A stretch of 24,000 nt of DNA, taken from assembly GCA_963556045.3 (NCBI GenBank), contig CAUVYA020000002.1, positions 2,608,474 to 2,632,473 on the forward strand, in the 5' to 3' direction. How positions within the stretch are numbered: position 1 is the first letter of the stretch; each line of letters starts with the position of its first letter. Made by a program: the position numbers and the translations under genes. This DNA comes from Anaerolineaceae bacterium. Lineage in GTDB: Bacteria; Chloroflexota; Anaerolineae; Anaerolineales; Anaerolineaceae. Below, one piece after another: positions 1 to 7,818 of the stretch. The notes under the pieces were generated by a model that ran no database searches, was not told the DNA's origin, and saw only the letters and a list, made by a program, of their open reading frames with translations.

Positions 1-2
1 CA

Positions 3-1496
3 TCCTGGGTATCCTATCCTGGCGGCACAACGGTGGTTGTGCCTACTCCCCTGACGCCCGATACTACCATTGCAGATACGACTCCTACGTACACATGGAC
101 CCGGATCAATGGAGCGACCCGCTATCAATACCAGCTTTATAAAGGTGATACGCTCATTTATGCCAATACAGTCCCTGCCAGTGTTTGCAGTGCTTCCGGC
201 TGTTCCAGTACTGCTTCTACGGAATTGAGCACGGGAGAATATAAATGGCGGGTATGCGCTTACGTAGATGGCGTCTGGTATGCTGCCAGTGCGTTTAAGC
301 AATTTACCATCAGCTTTACACCCACTCCTCTTTCTCCTTCAGGAGTATTTGCAGATAATACACCAACCTATACCTGGTCGAAGATCGATGGAGTGACGAA
401 GTACCAGTATCAGCTTTACAGAGGCAGTACACTGGTCTATGCCAGCACGGTCACCTCCAGCGTGTGTGGGGTAACCACATGCAGCGCTACTCCAACTGCA
501 GTCTTGGGAGATGGCGAATATCGTTGGAGAGTGAGTGCCAATGTGGATGGAGTATGGAGGTCAGCCAGTGCTTTACTGACTTTCAATATCAGCCTGATCC
601 CATCTCCGATCTCTCCCAGCGGTGCTATCACGGATACCACACCCGGCTACACCTGGTCAAAACTCGAGAATGCTGCACGATACCAATATCAGCTCTATAA
701 AGATGGAATCCGCATCTATGCCTACACAGTGGATGCTGCTGGTGTGTGTGGAGCAACCGAATGCAGCAGCACCCCTTCTGAAACCTTGAGTCCGGGGAAT
801 TACCAGTGGCGGGTGTGTGCATACGTGGAAGGCATCTGGCGCTCAACTAGCCCATTTATGTCTTTCAGCATTGCTTCAACCGAACCCACTCCGACAACGA
901 TACCCGTTCTTCCTACTCCGGTTGCGCCGGGTGTTGTAGTGCCGACACCAGTTACTCCCAATGGTATGATTGCAGACCTGACACCTTCCTACACATGGAC
1001 AAAGATCAATGGAGCCACCCGCTACCAAATCCAGTTGTATAAGGCAGGCACTCTGGTGTATGCCAATACCATATCCTCAAGTGTCTGCGGAAGTTCACAG
1101 TGTGTTACGACCCCGCTCACGCCGCTGAGTTATGGCGAGTATCAATGGCGGGTGTGTGCCAGTGTGGACGGGGTATGGCGTTCAGCCAGCGCATTCATGA
1201 ATTTCACCATTTCCTTTATTCCGCAACCGATCGCGCCGGCGAATACCATTTCAGATACCACCCCGACCTTTACATGGTCAAAACTTGAAGGAGTGACGCG
1301 TTATCAGTTCCAGCTTTATCAGGGTGCATCGCGCATCTATGCCTATACCGTGACCTCTGGTGTTTGTGGTACGACCCAGTGTTCAAGTACTCCAACGGTT
1401 CAATTATCTGCGGGTGATTACAGGTGGCGCGTGTGTGCGTATGTAGACGGAATATGGCGTTCATCCAGCGCTTTTCTGGATTTCACCCTGAATTAA
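3..1496 (+). CDS. Secreted multi-repeat protein, C-terminal fragment (5' end outside window); 5 copies of a ~95-aa Cys-loop beta-sandwich (FN3/Ig-like) repeat
   Basis: Frame 3 is open from nt 3 (SWVSYPGGTT precedes the GTG at 33), so the ORF most likely enters from the left edge. There are five repeats with consensus TP-x-Y-TW(S/T)K(I/L)-x-G(A/V)T(R/K)YQYQLY ... SSVCG-x3-CS(S/A)TP ... G(E/D)Y-x-WRV(C)AYVDG(V/I)W ... F. A PT-rich linker (STEPTPTTIPVLPTPVAPGVVVPTP) separates repeats 3 and 4. The repeat family is the same as in 2301..6107. Confidence 0.8.
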   Translation, partial: SWVSYPGGTTVVVPTPLTPDTTIADTTPTYTWTRINGATRYQYQLYKGDTLIYANTVPASVCSASGCSSTASTELSTGEYKWRVCAYVDGVWYAASAFKQFTISFTPTPLSPSGVFADNTPTYTWSKIDGVTKYQYQLYRGSTLVYASTVTSSVCGVTTCSATPTAVLGDGEYRWRVSANVDGVWRSASALLTFNISLIPSPISPSGAITDTTPGYTWSKLENAARYQYQLYKDGIRIYAYTVDAAGVCGATECSSTPSETLSPGNYQWRVCAYVEGIWRSTSPFMSFSIASTEPTPTTIPVLPTPVAPGVVVPTPVTPNGMIADLTPSYTWTKINGATRYQIQLYKAGTLVYANTISSSVCGSSQCVTTPLTPLSYGEYQWRVCASVDGVWRSASAFMNFTISFIPQPIAPANTISDTTPTFTWSKLEGVTRYQFQLYQGASRIYAYTVTSGVCGTTQCSSTPTVQLSAGDYRWRVCAYVDGIWRSSSAFLDFTLN

Positions 1497-1539
1497 AATG
1501 TACGAAATAGCAAATATAATACGTTCAATTTGAGGAGGT

Positions 1540-2010
1540 ATGATGGGAAAAAGGTTGGCAAATGTTGTTTCTGCTTTGATCATCGGTACTATCATCCTGA
1601 TCACTGCCTGCACATCTTCGTCTGATGAGAAAACACCGGATGAGCCTGCTTCACAGGAAGAAGAACTAACATTGAGTATACAGGAGAAGGACACGACTAT
1701 AACGATCACAACCGGTGAAATATTTCACATAATACTGGAAGGGAACATCACCACCGGTTACACCTGGGAAGTGAACGAGATCGACGAAAATTTTCTGCAG
1801 CAGCAGGGTGAAATGGAGTACAGGGAGCGAGAAGATCCCCCGGCATCCACAACAGAAGAGCCTCTGGTAGGTGCTCCCGGTGAATTCGCGTTTACCTTTA
1901 CAGCTCTTCAGGCGGGCGATACGGCGCTGAGTTTGATATATCATCGTACGTTTGAACCGGATGTGGCGCCGCTGGATGAATTTTTCATAACCATACATAT
2001 TATGGATTAA
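1540..2010 (+). CDS. Chagasin-family (MEROPS I42) cysteine-peptidase inhibitor, lipoprotein
   Basis: SD GAGGAGG lies just upstream of ATG 1540. Lipoprotein signal with lipobox (LIIGTIILITAC). All three chagasin loop motifs are present: NITTGYTW (1744..1767; chagasin NPTTGFAW), VGAPGEFAF (chagasin GAGG) and YHRTFE (chagasin RPW). The gene starts 43 nt after the upstream repeat-protein gene, so co-transcription is likely. Confidence 0.8.
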   Translation: MMGKRLANVVSALIIGTIILITACTSSSDEKTPDEPASQEEELTLSIQEKDTTITITTGEIFHIILEGNITTGYTWEVNEIDENFLQQQGEMEYREREDPPASTTEEPLVGAPGEFAFTFTALQAGDTALSLIYHRTFEPDVAPLDEFFITIHIMD

Positions 2011-2161
2011 TCCATTACACATTCCTATCATCGCAACCTATATATAAAAGATCCGCTGGTGTTTGCATGGAAGAGGTACGGGAAAGCTCCATTCTTTCCT
2101 AACGGACTACCCATGTTTTGATTATTTTTTCACCTGTTTTCAAGTTCCCCTTCATCCTGTG

Positions 2162-2189
2162 TTGACATTCATACCATCGAGTCTAAAAT
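2162..2189 (+). promoter_or_regulatory. Candidate sigma70-type promoter for the 1268-aa protease gene
   Basis: TTGACA (2162..2167), 16-nt spacer, TAAAAT (2184..2189). This sits about 110 nt upstream of ATG 2301. Sequence match only. Confidence 0.45.
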
Positions 2190-2300
2190 AAGAAGTATAT
2201 GGAATGTATTTATGGTTGGTCGGATCCACAGGAATATAGAAATCCACAATTATTTCAAGAACAGCGTGGCTGCATGATATTTATATCGGAGGGCTAGAGA

Positions 2301-5300
2301 ATGATGAATAAAGTTTATTTTTATAAGACCATGATATGGTTGTGTTTGTTCGGCTTGTTGATCAATACCGGGATCGTATATGCGGATGATGAAGGCGTAG
2401 CGTCAGAGCAGGCGAATGCAGCCCCTACCATCCTGCTCACGGAACCGCATGAAGATACAACCATTATACAGGGGGATACACTCCTCATCCAATGGCAGGA
2501 TGAAGACCCTGATGATGACGCAATGATCGCTATTGCTTATGATACTGACGATGATCCATTGAATGACGAACAGCCCAACTGGATCGTACAGGATCTTTCT
2601 GAAGATTTGGAAGAGCAGGGCGATCAGTACGAATGGGATACGGTTGACGTCCCATTTGGTGATTATTACCTGTGGGTGGTCATCTCCGATGGAAATAATG
2701 AGCCGCTCTATGTAGTTGCTACTGGAAAAGTGACCATTCAGGAAGACCAGGATTCTTCCGATGCGCCAACCCCACAGGTTCCTGTAGAACCTACCGACGA
2801 ACCTACCGAGGAACCCACAGGCGAACCAACAGATGAACCAACGGCGCAACCGACTCAACAGGTCACGGAAGAACCTACCCAACCGTTAGATCCTGGCAAT
2901 GATTATTATGCTCTGTCCTCACAGGTAATGGGCGATGGAAGGGTGTTGAATACGATCATCATCAATGGTCCCGCCGAAGCCCCGGTCGGATTTGAACGTG
3001 CCACCGTCAATCTTCCTCTGGATGCCAGTGGGGAGATCCAGACCACGCAATCCATGGCAGCTCTGATCGTGCCTGCTTTTAGCTGGTCTTTTGGCTGCTC
3101 AGCCACTTCCGCTGCCATGATCGCCGGATATTATGACCGCAATGGATACACCGAAATGTACACTGGTTCTACCAATGGCGGTCTCATGCCGCTCGACAAC
3201 AGCGCTTGGCCTGATTGGCAGGACGGCAGCGGCACCTGGCGTCATCAAACCCCCTTGAGCGCAACCCACCAGGGGCTGGATGGCAGGGCTGCCCGCGGGC
3301 ATGTGGATGATTACTGGGTCAGCTATGGCTCAACCGCCACCGACCCGTGGGTGGCGTACGGCAGCGAGCATACCTATGGTGACTGCACCGGCGATTATAT
3401 GAAAACCAACCAGAACCAGCATGGGTATTCCAATTCGGACGGTTCTACCACGTTTCATTATTATACAAACGGGGATGTGTTAACGTGTTCTGCCATCGAT
3501 GGCTTTGGAATCACTGATGATGGCACTACCGGTTTCCGTGATTTCTATCAATCGCGCGGCTACTCGGTCAATGATTGCTATATCCAGGCGACCAATAATA
3601 CAGCCAGCAGCGGCTTTACATTTGCCCAGTATAAGGCGGAGATCGATGCCGGCTACCCGGTCATGATCCACGTACAGGGACATACCATGGTTGGGGTGGG
3701 CTATGATGGTACCAGTACCGTGATCTTGCATGATACCTGGGATTATTTAAATCACACCATGACCTGGGGCAGCAGCTACGCCGGTATGGAGATGTGGGGT
3801 GTCAGCGTGCTCCATCTCAATCCCACCGGTCCAGTTACACCAACCCCTCTCGCCCCCACCGGAACCATCACCGATTACACACCTACCTATTCCTGGAGTA
3901 AAGTCACACTCGCTACTCTTTACCAATACCAGCTTTATAAGGGCAGCACCCTGGTTTATGCGGAAAATGTCACTTCCAGCGTATGTGATGCGACCACCTG
4001 TTCTGTTACCCCCACCACGGAATTAAGCGGAGGTGATTACACCTGGAAAGTAGGCGCTTATGTCTACGGTTCATGGCGTGCCTTCACCGATCCGGTGCCT
4101 TTCACCCTTGATATCCCTCTCACTCCTACCCAGATCTCCCCAACGGGTACCATCAGCAATACCACTCCCACCTATACCTGGAGCAGGATCGGAGGAGCAA
4201 CCCGTTATCAATACCAGCTCTATCAGGGCACAACACGATTGTATGCTTATACGGTTACCTCCAGCGTATGCGGCAGTACCACCTGTTCCAATACGCCCAC
4301 CAATGTGCTGGGCGCGGGGGATTATACCTGGCGTATAGGCGCTTATGTGGATGAAACCTGGCAGGCTTTCACCGCTGGCGAACCCTTCACCGTGGAAGCG
4401 CCTGAAGTAACTCCCACTACCATATCCCCAAGCGGCACCATCACCGATACCACTCCCACCTACACCTGGAGTAAGATCGATGGTGCCACTAAATATCAGT
4501 ACCAGCTCTATCAGGGCAGCACCCGCTTGTATTACTATACCGTTTCTTCCAGTGTATGCGGAAGTACTACCTGCTCCTCCACACCCACAACCCCATTGGG
4601 TCGTGGTGATTATATATGGCGGGTGGGTGCCTATGTAAATGATGCATGGCAGCCATTCAGCGCTTCTCAAGTTTTTAGCGTGGAGGTCCCCATGACTCCC
4701 ACCGCCATATCTCCTACCGGCACTATTACCGATACCACTCCCACCTACACCTGGAGCAGCATTGCTGGGGCTGTTAAATATCAGTACCAGTTGTATGAGG
4801 GTTCTACCCGTATTTATGCCTATACGGTCTATCCGACTGCATGTAACAGCAGTTCCTGTTCCAGCACTCCCAACACTCCAATTGGTCCGGGCAACTATAA
4901 CTGGCGGGTGGGAGCGTATGTGGATGGCGCCTGGCGGCAGTTCAGCTCATCCGAACCTTTCACCCTTGATGCGCCGGTGGTGACACCCACTCCAATCGCA
5001 CCTGCAGGAACTATCACCGATACCACGCCAACCTATTCCTGGAGCAAGATCAACGGTGCGACCAGGTATCAATACCAGTTGTATAAAGGCAGCTCACTTA
5101 TTTATTCATATACCGTAACGGACAGTGTGTGTGGCAGTACTACCTGTTCATCCACACCCTCTACCCTCATCGGCGCTGGAGATTACACCTGGCTCGTGGG
5201 CGCCTATGTGGATGGCGCCTGGCAGCGTTTCAGTGATGCTTTGGCTTTCACACTGGATGCACCGCTTACTCCTGAACAGATCGCACCGAGCGGAAATATC

Positions 5301-6107
5301 ACCGATACCACGCCAACCTACACCTGGTCGAAGATCGGTGGAGCCACCAAGTACCAGTATCAGCTTTACAGCGGCAGCACTCGAATCTATGCCTACACCG
5401 TTTCTTCAAGTGTATGTGGCAGTACCAGCTGCTCCAGCACGCCGAATTATGTACTCGGTCAGGGTAACTATACCTGGCGGGTGGGTGCCTATGTGGATGG
5501 CGCCTGGCGGCAGTTTAGTGATGATCATGCTTTCGCGATTGTTCTTACACCCAACCAGATCTCTCCCAGCGGAGCGACCACCGATACCACACCCATGTAT
5601 CAGTGGAGTATGGTCAGTGGGGCGACCAAGTACCAGTGTCAGCTCTATCATGGCAGTACGCGCATCAATGTATATACAGTACCCAGCACGATATGCAGCG
5701 GTTCGACCTGTACGATTGCACCCACTACTGTTTTGAGTTTAGGTGACTATACCTGGCGGGTAGGTGCCTATGTGGATGGTGCCTGGAGACCGTTCAGCGG
5801 ACCTGAATCCTTCAGCATCAGCCAGACCCCCAACCAGATAGCGCCCAGCGGTACGATTTCGGATACTACCCCTACCTATACCTGGAGTGTGGTCAGCGGG
5901 GCGACGCGCTATCAATACCAGCTTTACCAGGGCAGCACCCGGTTGTATGCCTATACGGTTCTATCTACGGTCTGCGGCAGTTCGACATGCAGCAGCACAC
6001 CTGGCACCGTTTTGAGTGCAGGCGATTACGCCTGGCGTGTGGGAGCGTATGTGGGTGGCGTCTGGAAACAGTTCAGCGGAAATGAGGAGTTTACCATTTC
6101 AAATTGA
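2301..6107 (+). CDS. Secreted multidomain protein: signal peptide, acidic beta-sandwich region, PT-rich linker, papain-fold (C10/C39-like) cysteine peptidase domain, 8 tandem Cys-loop beta-sandwich repeats
   Basis: 1268-aa ORF with SD GGAGGG upstream of ATG 2301. Signal peptide MIWLCLFGLLINTGIVYA. PT linker EPTDEPTEEPTGEPTDEPTAQPT at about 2766..2885. Catalytic-type motifs are SWSFGC(266)SATSAAMIAGYY (Cys codon 3096..3098) and QGH(461)TMVGVGYDG...ILHD(478)TWD (His codon 3681..3683, Asp codon 3732..3734). By memory these resemble streptopain (C10) and C39-like peptidases. Eight repeats run from 3836 to the C-terminus. Confidence 0.85.
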   Translation: MMNKVYFYKTMIWLCLFGLLINTGIVYADDEGVASEQANAAPTILLTEPHEDTTIIQGDTLLIQWQDEDPDDDAMIAIAYDTDDDPLNDEQPNWIVQDLSEDLEEQGDQYEWDTVDVPFGDYYLWVVISDGNNEPLYVVATGKVTIQEDQDSSDAPTPQVPVEPTDEPTEEPTGEPTDEPTAQPTQQVTEEPTQPLDPGNDYYALSSQVMGDGRVLNTIIINGPAEAPVGFERATVNLPLDASGEIQTTQSMAALIVPAFSWSFGCSATSAAMIAGYYDRNGYTEMYTGSTNGGLMPLDNSAWPDWQDGSGTWRHQTPLSATHQGLDGRAARGHVDDYWVSYGSTATDPWVAYGSEHTYGDCTGDYMKTNQNQHGYSNSDGSTTFHYYTNGDVLTCSAIDGFGITDDGTTGFRDFYQSRGYSVNDCYIQATNNTASSGFTFAQYKAEIDAGYPVMIHVQGHTMVGVGYDGTSTVILHDTWDYLNHTMTWGSSYAGMEMWGVSVLHLNPTGPVTPTPLAPTGTITDYTPTYSWSKVTLATLYQYQLYKGSTLVYAENVTSSVCDATTCSVTPTTELSGGDYTWKVGAYVYGSWRAFTDPVPFTLDIPLTPTQISPTGTISNTTPTYTWSRIGGATRYQYQLYQGTTRLYAYTVTSSVCGSTTCSNTPTNVLGAGDYTWRIGAYVDETWQAFTAGEPFTVEAPEVTPTTISPSGTITDTTPTYTWSKIDGATKYQYQLYQGSTRLYYYTVSSSVCGSTTCSSTPTTPLGRGDYIWRVGAYVNDAWQPFSASQVFSVEVPMTPTAISPTGTITDTTPTYTWSSIAGAVKYQYQLYEGSTRIYAYTVYPTACNSSSCSSTPNTPIGPGNYNWRVGAYVDGAWRQFSSSEPFTLDAPVVTPTPIAPAGTITDTTPTYSWSKINGATRYQYQLYKGSSLIYSYTVTDSVCGSTTCSSTPSTLIGAGDYTWLVGAYVDGAWQRFSDALAFTLDAPLTPEQIAPSGNITDTTPTYTWSKIGGATKYQYQLYSGSTRIYAYTVSSSVCGSTSCSSTPNYVLGQGNYTWRVGAYVDGAWRQFSDDHAFAIVLTPNQISPSGATTDTTPMYQWSMVSGATKYQCQLYHGSTRINVYTVPSTICSGSTCTIAPTTVLSLGDYTWRVGAYVDGAWRPFSGPESFSISQTPNQIAPSGTISDTTPTYTWSVVSGATRYQYQLYQGSTRLYAYTVLSTVCGSSTCSSTPGTVLSAGDYAWRVGAYVGGVWKQFSGNEEFTISN
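3836..6104 (+). repeat. Eight tandem coding repeats (279-288 nt each) encoding the Cys-loop beta-sandwich domain
   Basis: Repeat starts, at T-P-x-x-I-(S/A)-P, fall at about 3836, 4123, 4410, 4695, 4983, 5268, 5547 and 5826. Nucleotide strings such as accgataccac(t/g)cc(c/a)acctacacctgg recur. Protein consensus: TPTYTWSKIxGATKYQYQLYxGSTRxYAYTVSSSVCGSTTCSSTPxxxLGxGDYTWRVGAYVDGAWxxFS. Confidence 0.9.
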
Positions 6108-6165
6108 TAAATAAGAATTTCTTGATCATGATCGGAGCGCATGAATTCTGATCTTTTGTGATGAT

Positions 6166-6200
6166 AAAAATGCAACCTTCAATAAGAAGGTTGCATTTTT
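6166..6200. terminator. Bidirectional rho-independent terminator between convergent genes
   Basis: aaaaa-TGCAACCTTC-aataa-GAAGGTTGCA-ttttt: a 10-bp perfect stem (6171..6180 / 6186..6195) flanked by an A-run and a T-run. Confidence 0.8.
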
Positions 6201-6223
6201 AAGACAGGTAAGATAGTCGAAAA

Positions 6224-6643
6224 TTACGAACGTGAATCGATCAACCAGGCATTGTTGACCTTTACCAGGTGATAGGTGAAACTGTTCAATTCGATGGCGC
6301 GATCCTCATCGTTATAGGTCAGCACCAGCTGACCGCTGCACACCACATCGGCTGTTTCGCTGTCGCTGTGGATAGTCTTGCATTCCAGCCCTTGTAGTTC
6401 TGTGCTGACGTTGGTGAGCGAATCCGCATCGATCAGAGCGTTCGTTTCCCAGTTGGCAGTGGAGAGTGCCACCATTGAATCGGAATCTTGCACTGCCATG
6501 GCACTCAAATACTCTGCCACCACGCTCTCGGGAGCGCTCTGGCTGGAACTGCACGCGGAAAACAGCATCACCATTGCAATCGCTGCGATGATGGTGAATG
6601 TACCGGTTCTTTTTATTTGATTGAACATAATAGATCCTTTCAT
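6224..6643 (-). CDS. Small putative lipoprotein, function unknown
   Basis: 139-aa ORF with signal and lipobox (IIAAIAMVMLFSAC). Its ATG (6643..6641) overlaps the TGA of the upstream gene (ATGA), which suggests translational coupling. An alternative start is MFNQIK at 6628. I am not confident of any family match. Confidence 0.6.
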   Translation of the reverse strand: MKGSIMFNQIKRTGTFTIIAAIAMVMLFSACSSSQSAPESVVAEYLSAMAVQDSDSMVALSTANWETNALIDADSLTNVSTELQGLECKTIHSDSETADVVCSGQLVLTYNDEDRAIELNSFTYHLVKVNNAWLIDSRS

Positions 6644-7575
6644 TTTTCTACAAATTTACGTGCCGCATCCAGTGTTTGCAACGCGGTCAGGTTGCATACC
6701 GGCCAGCCCAGTTTCATTGCCTGCGGGTTATCAAACTGGATGTAGCCTACTTTCAAATGGAAACCATCCAATCGCAAACCATGATCGGGCAGCGGCCAGG
6801 CGGCTGCCCAGAAATTCCACATCGGAATGTCATATTCATACGCCAGTTTGGCAACGGTGTAGTTCACGCTGTGATCACCCTCAGAATTATCAGCCTTGGT
6901 GACCAGTATGGGAACCACTCCGTGCTCGATTAGGTATTCGATTATTTCGCGCATGTACTTTTCATACATATCGACCGGTTTTCTGCCCCATTTTTCCATG
7001 CGCACGATCGCGAAACTGGGCTTGTAAATGCGTATCTCGCAAGCCAGCGGAGTCTCGTTGCTCTCGCAAGCTTCCGGATCGGCGTACATAGGATTCAGCA
7101 CATAAGCCACGTTCGAACCGCCTTTGACCGATTCGCTCTGCCGATAGAAACTGCCTGCGAAGTAGTCAATGGTCTCCTGTAAGTATTCGTATTCATCTCC
7201 CAGGCGGTATTCCTTTCCACCTCGCGGGTTGTCGAAAATGCCCAGAAAATAGCCGGTAGTGTTCTGGCAATCGCCTACCTTGGAGAAATGCTGCGGGTTA
7301 TTGCCCATTGCCAGTCCCTGCTGGTAGATCTGCATGGCGCGGTTGGAAAATTCAGGGATGATCGGCCATTCCTTCCAGGCTTCTGGTAACAGGCGTGTAT
7401 CGGGTGTAGGGGTGGGGGAAGGAACTTCCGTGGCAGTAGCTGTGGGTTCGTTGGTGCTGGTGATGGTTGGTTCGGGGGTTGCTTCCAGTTGAGCTGCCTG
7501 TACGCTGTTCGCGCAGGCGCTGAGCAGAAGTATAGATGTGAAAAGAAAAATGGTGGTTTGATGAATAGCTCGCAT
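6640..7575 (-). CDS. Putative lipoprotein, SGNH/GDSL-like hydrolase fold with Cys in place of the block-I Ser
   Basis: The ORF track extends to 7683, but a lipoprotein signal MRAIHQTTIFLFTSILLLSAC begins at the internal ATG 7575. After a PT-rich linker come FSKVGDCQNT (resembles SGNH block I GDSxT), LVTKADNSEG and LDGFHL (DxxH block-V-like). The family call is from motif resemblance only. Confidence 0.5.
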   Translation of the reverse strand: MRAIHQTTIFLFTSILLLSACANSVQAAQLEATPEPTITSTNEPTATATEVPSPTPTPDTRLLPEAWKEWPIIPEFSNRAMQIYQQGLAMGNNPQHFSKVGDCQNTTGYFLGIFDNPRGGKEYRLGDEYEYLQETIDYFAGSFYRQSESVKGGSNVAYVLNPMYADPEACESNETPLACEIRIYKPSFAIVRMEKWGRKPVDMYEKYMREIIEYLIEHGVVPILVTKADNSEGDHSVNYTVAKLAYEYDIPMWNFWAAAWPLPDHGLRLDGFHLKVGYIQFDNPQAMKLGWPVCNLTALQTLDAARKFVEK

Positions 7576-7818
7576 GATGTATTTATTGTACTCTCTCGAT
7601 AAGAATTCGAGCCGAAGGGGAGCGAATTTGACCAACTCACCGACGACCTTGTCAATCATACCGTAGGGTGCAGAAAAATTCAATCATTCTTGATTCCTCC
7701 GACAATTCTCTTCTTCCTCATAATGAAGGAAGGAGGGGGGAACAGGTCATTCTGAGCGCCAGCGAAGAATCTGTCACTCACCAACTCAATCCAATCGCAG
7801 GTCATAACCTCCAAAATT

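Noticed and set aside
2082-2135. Hairpin GGAAAG-ctccatt-CTTTCC downstream of the chagasin-like gene as a terminator
   Set aside because: The stem is only 6 bp and the T-rich tract is about 20 nt away. This is too weak to call.
2766-2885. Short tandem gaacc(t/a)ac(c/a)ga-type DNA repeats
   Set aside because: They encode the EPT/DEPT proline-threonine linker of the 1268-aa protein, which is a normal interdomain linker and not an independent repeat element.
4071-4670. 199-aa minus-strand ORF, and similar ones such as 5125..5736 (+), 4060..4338 (+) and 2403..2882 (-), inside the 1268-aa gene
   Set aside because: These are shadow or alternate-frame ORFs within a long repeat-encoding CDS. They have low-complexity G/P/R-rich translations and no RBS, and the periodic repeat sequence naturally keeps other frames open.
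7576-7683. N-terminal extensions offered by the ORF track: 7683 for the SGNH-like gene, 18290 for sgcQ-like, 9169 for the regulator, 16283 for the membrane protein and 19214 for the orphan ORF
   Set aside because: In each case an internal ATG is better supported. The support is a Shine-Dalgarno sequence, the start of a signal peptide, or alignment to the known N-terminus (SgcQ, DeoR). The 16283 start lies inside a terminator hairpin.
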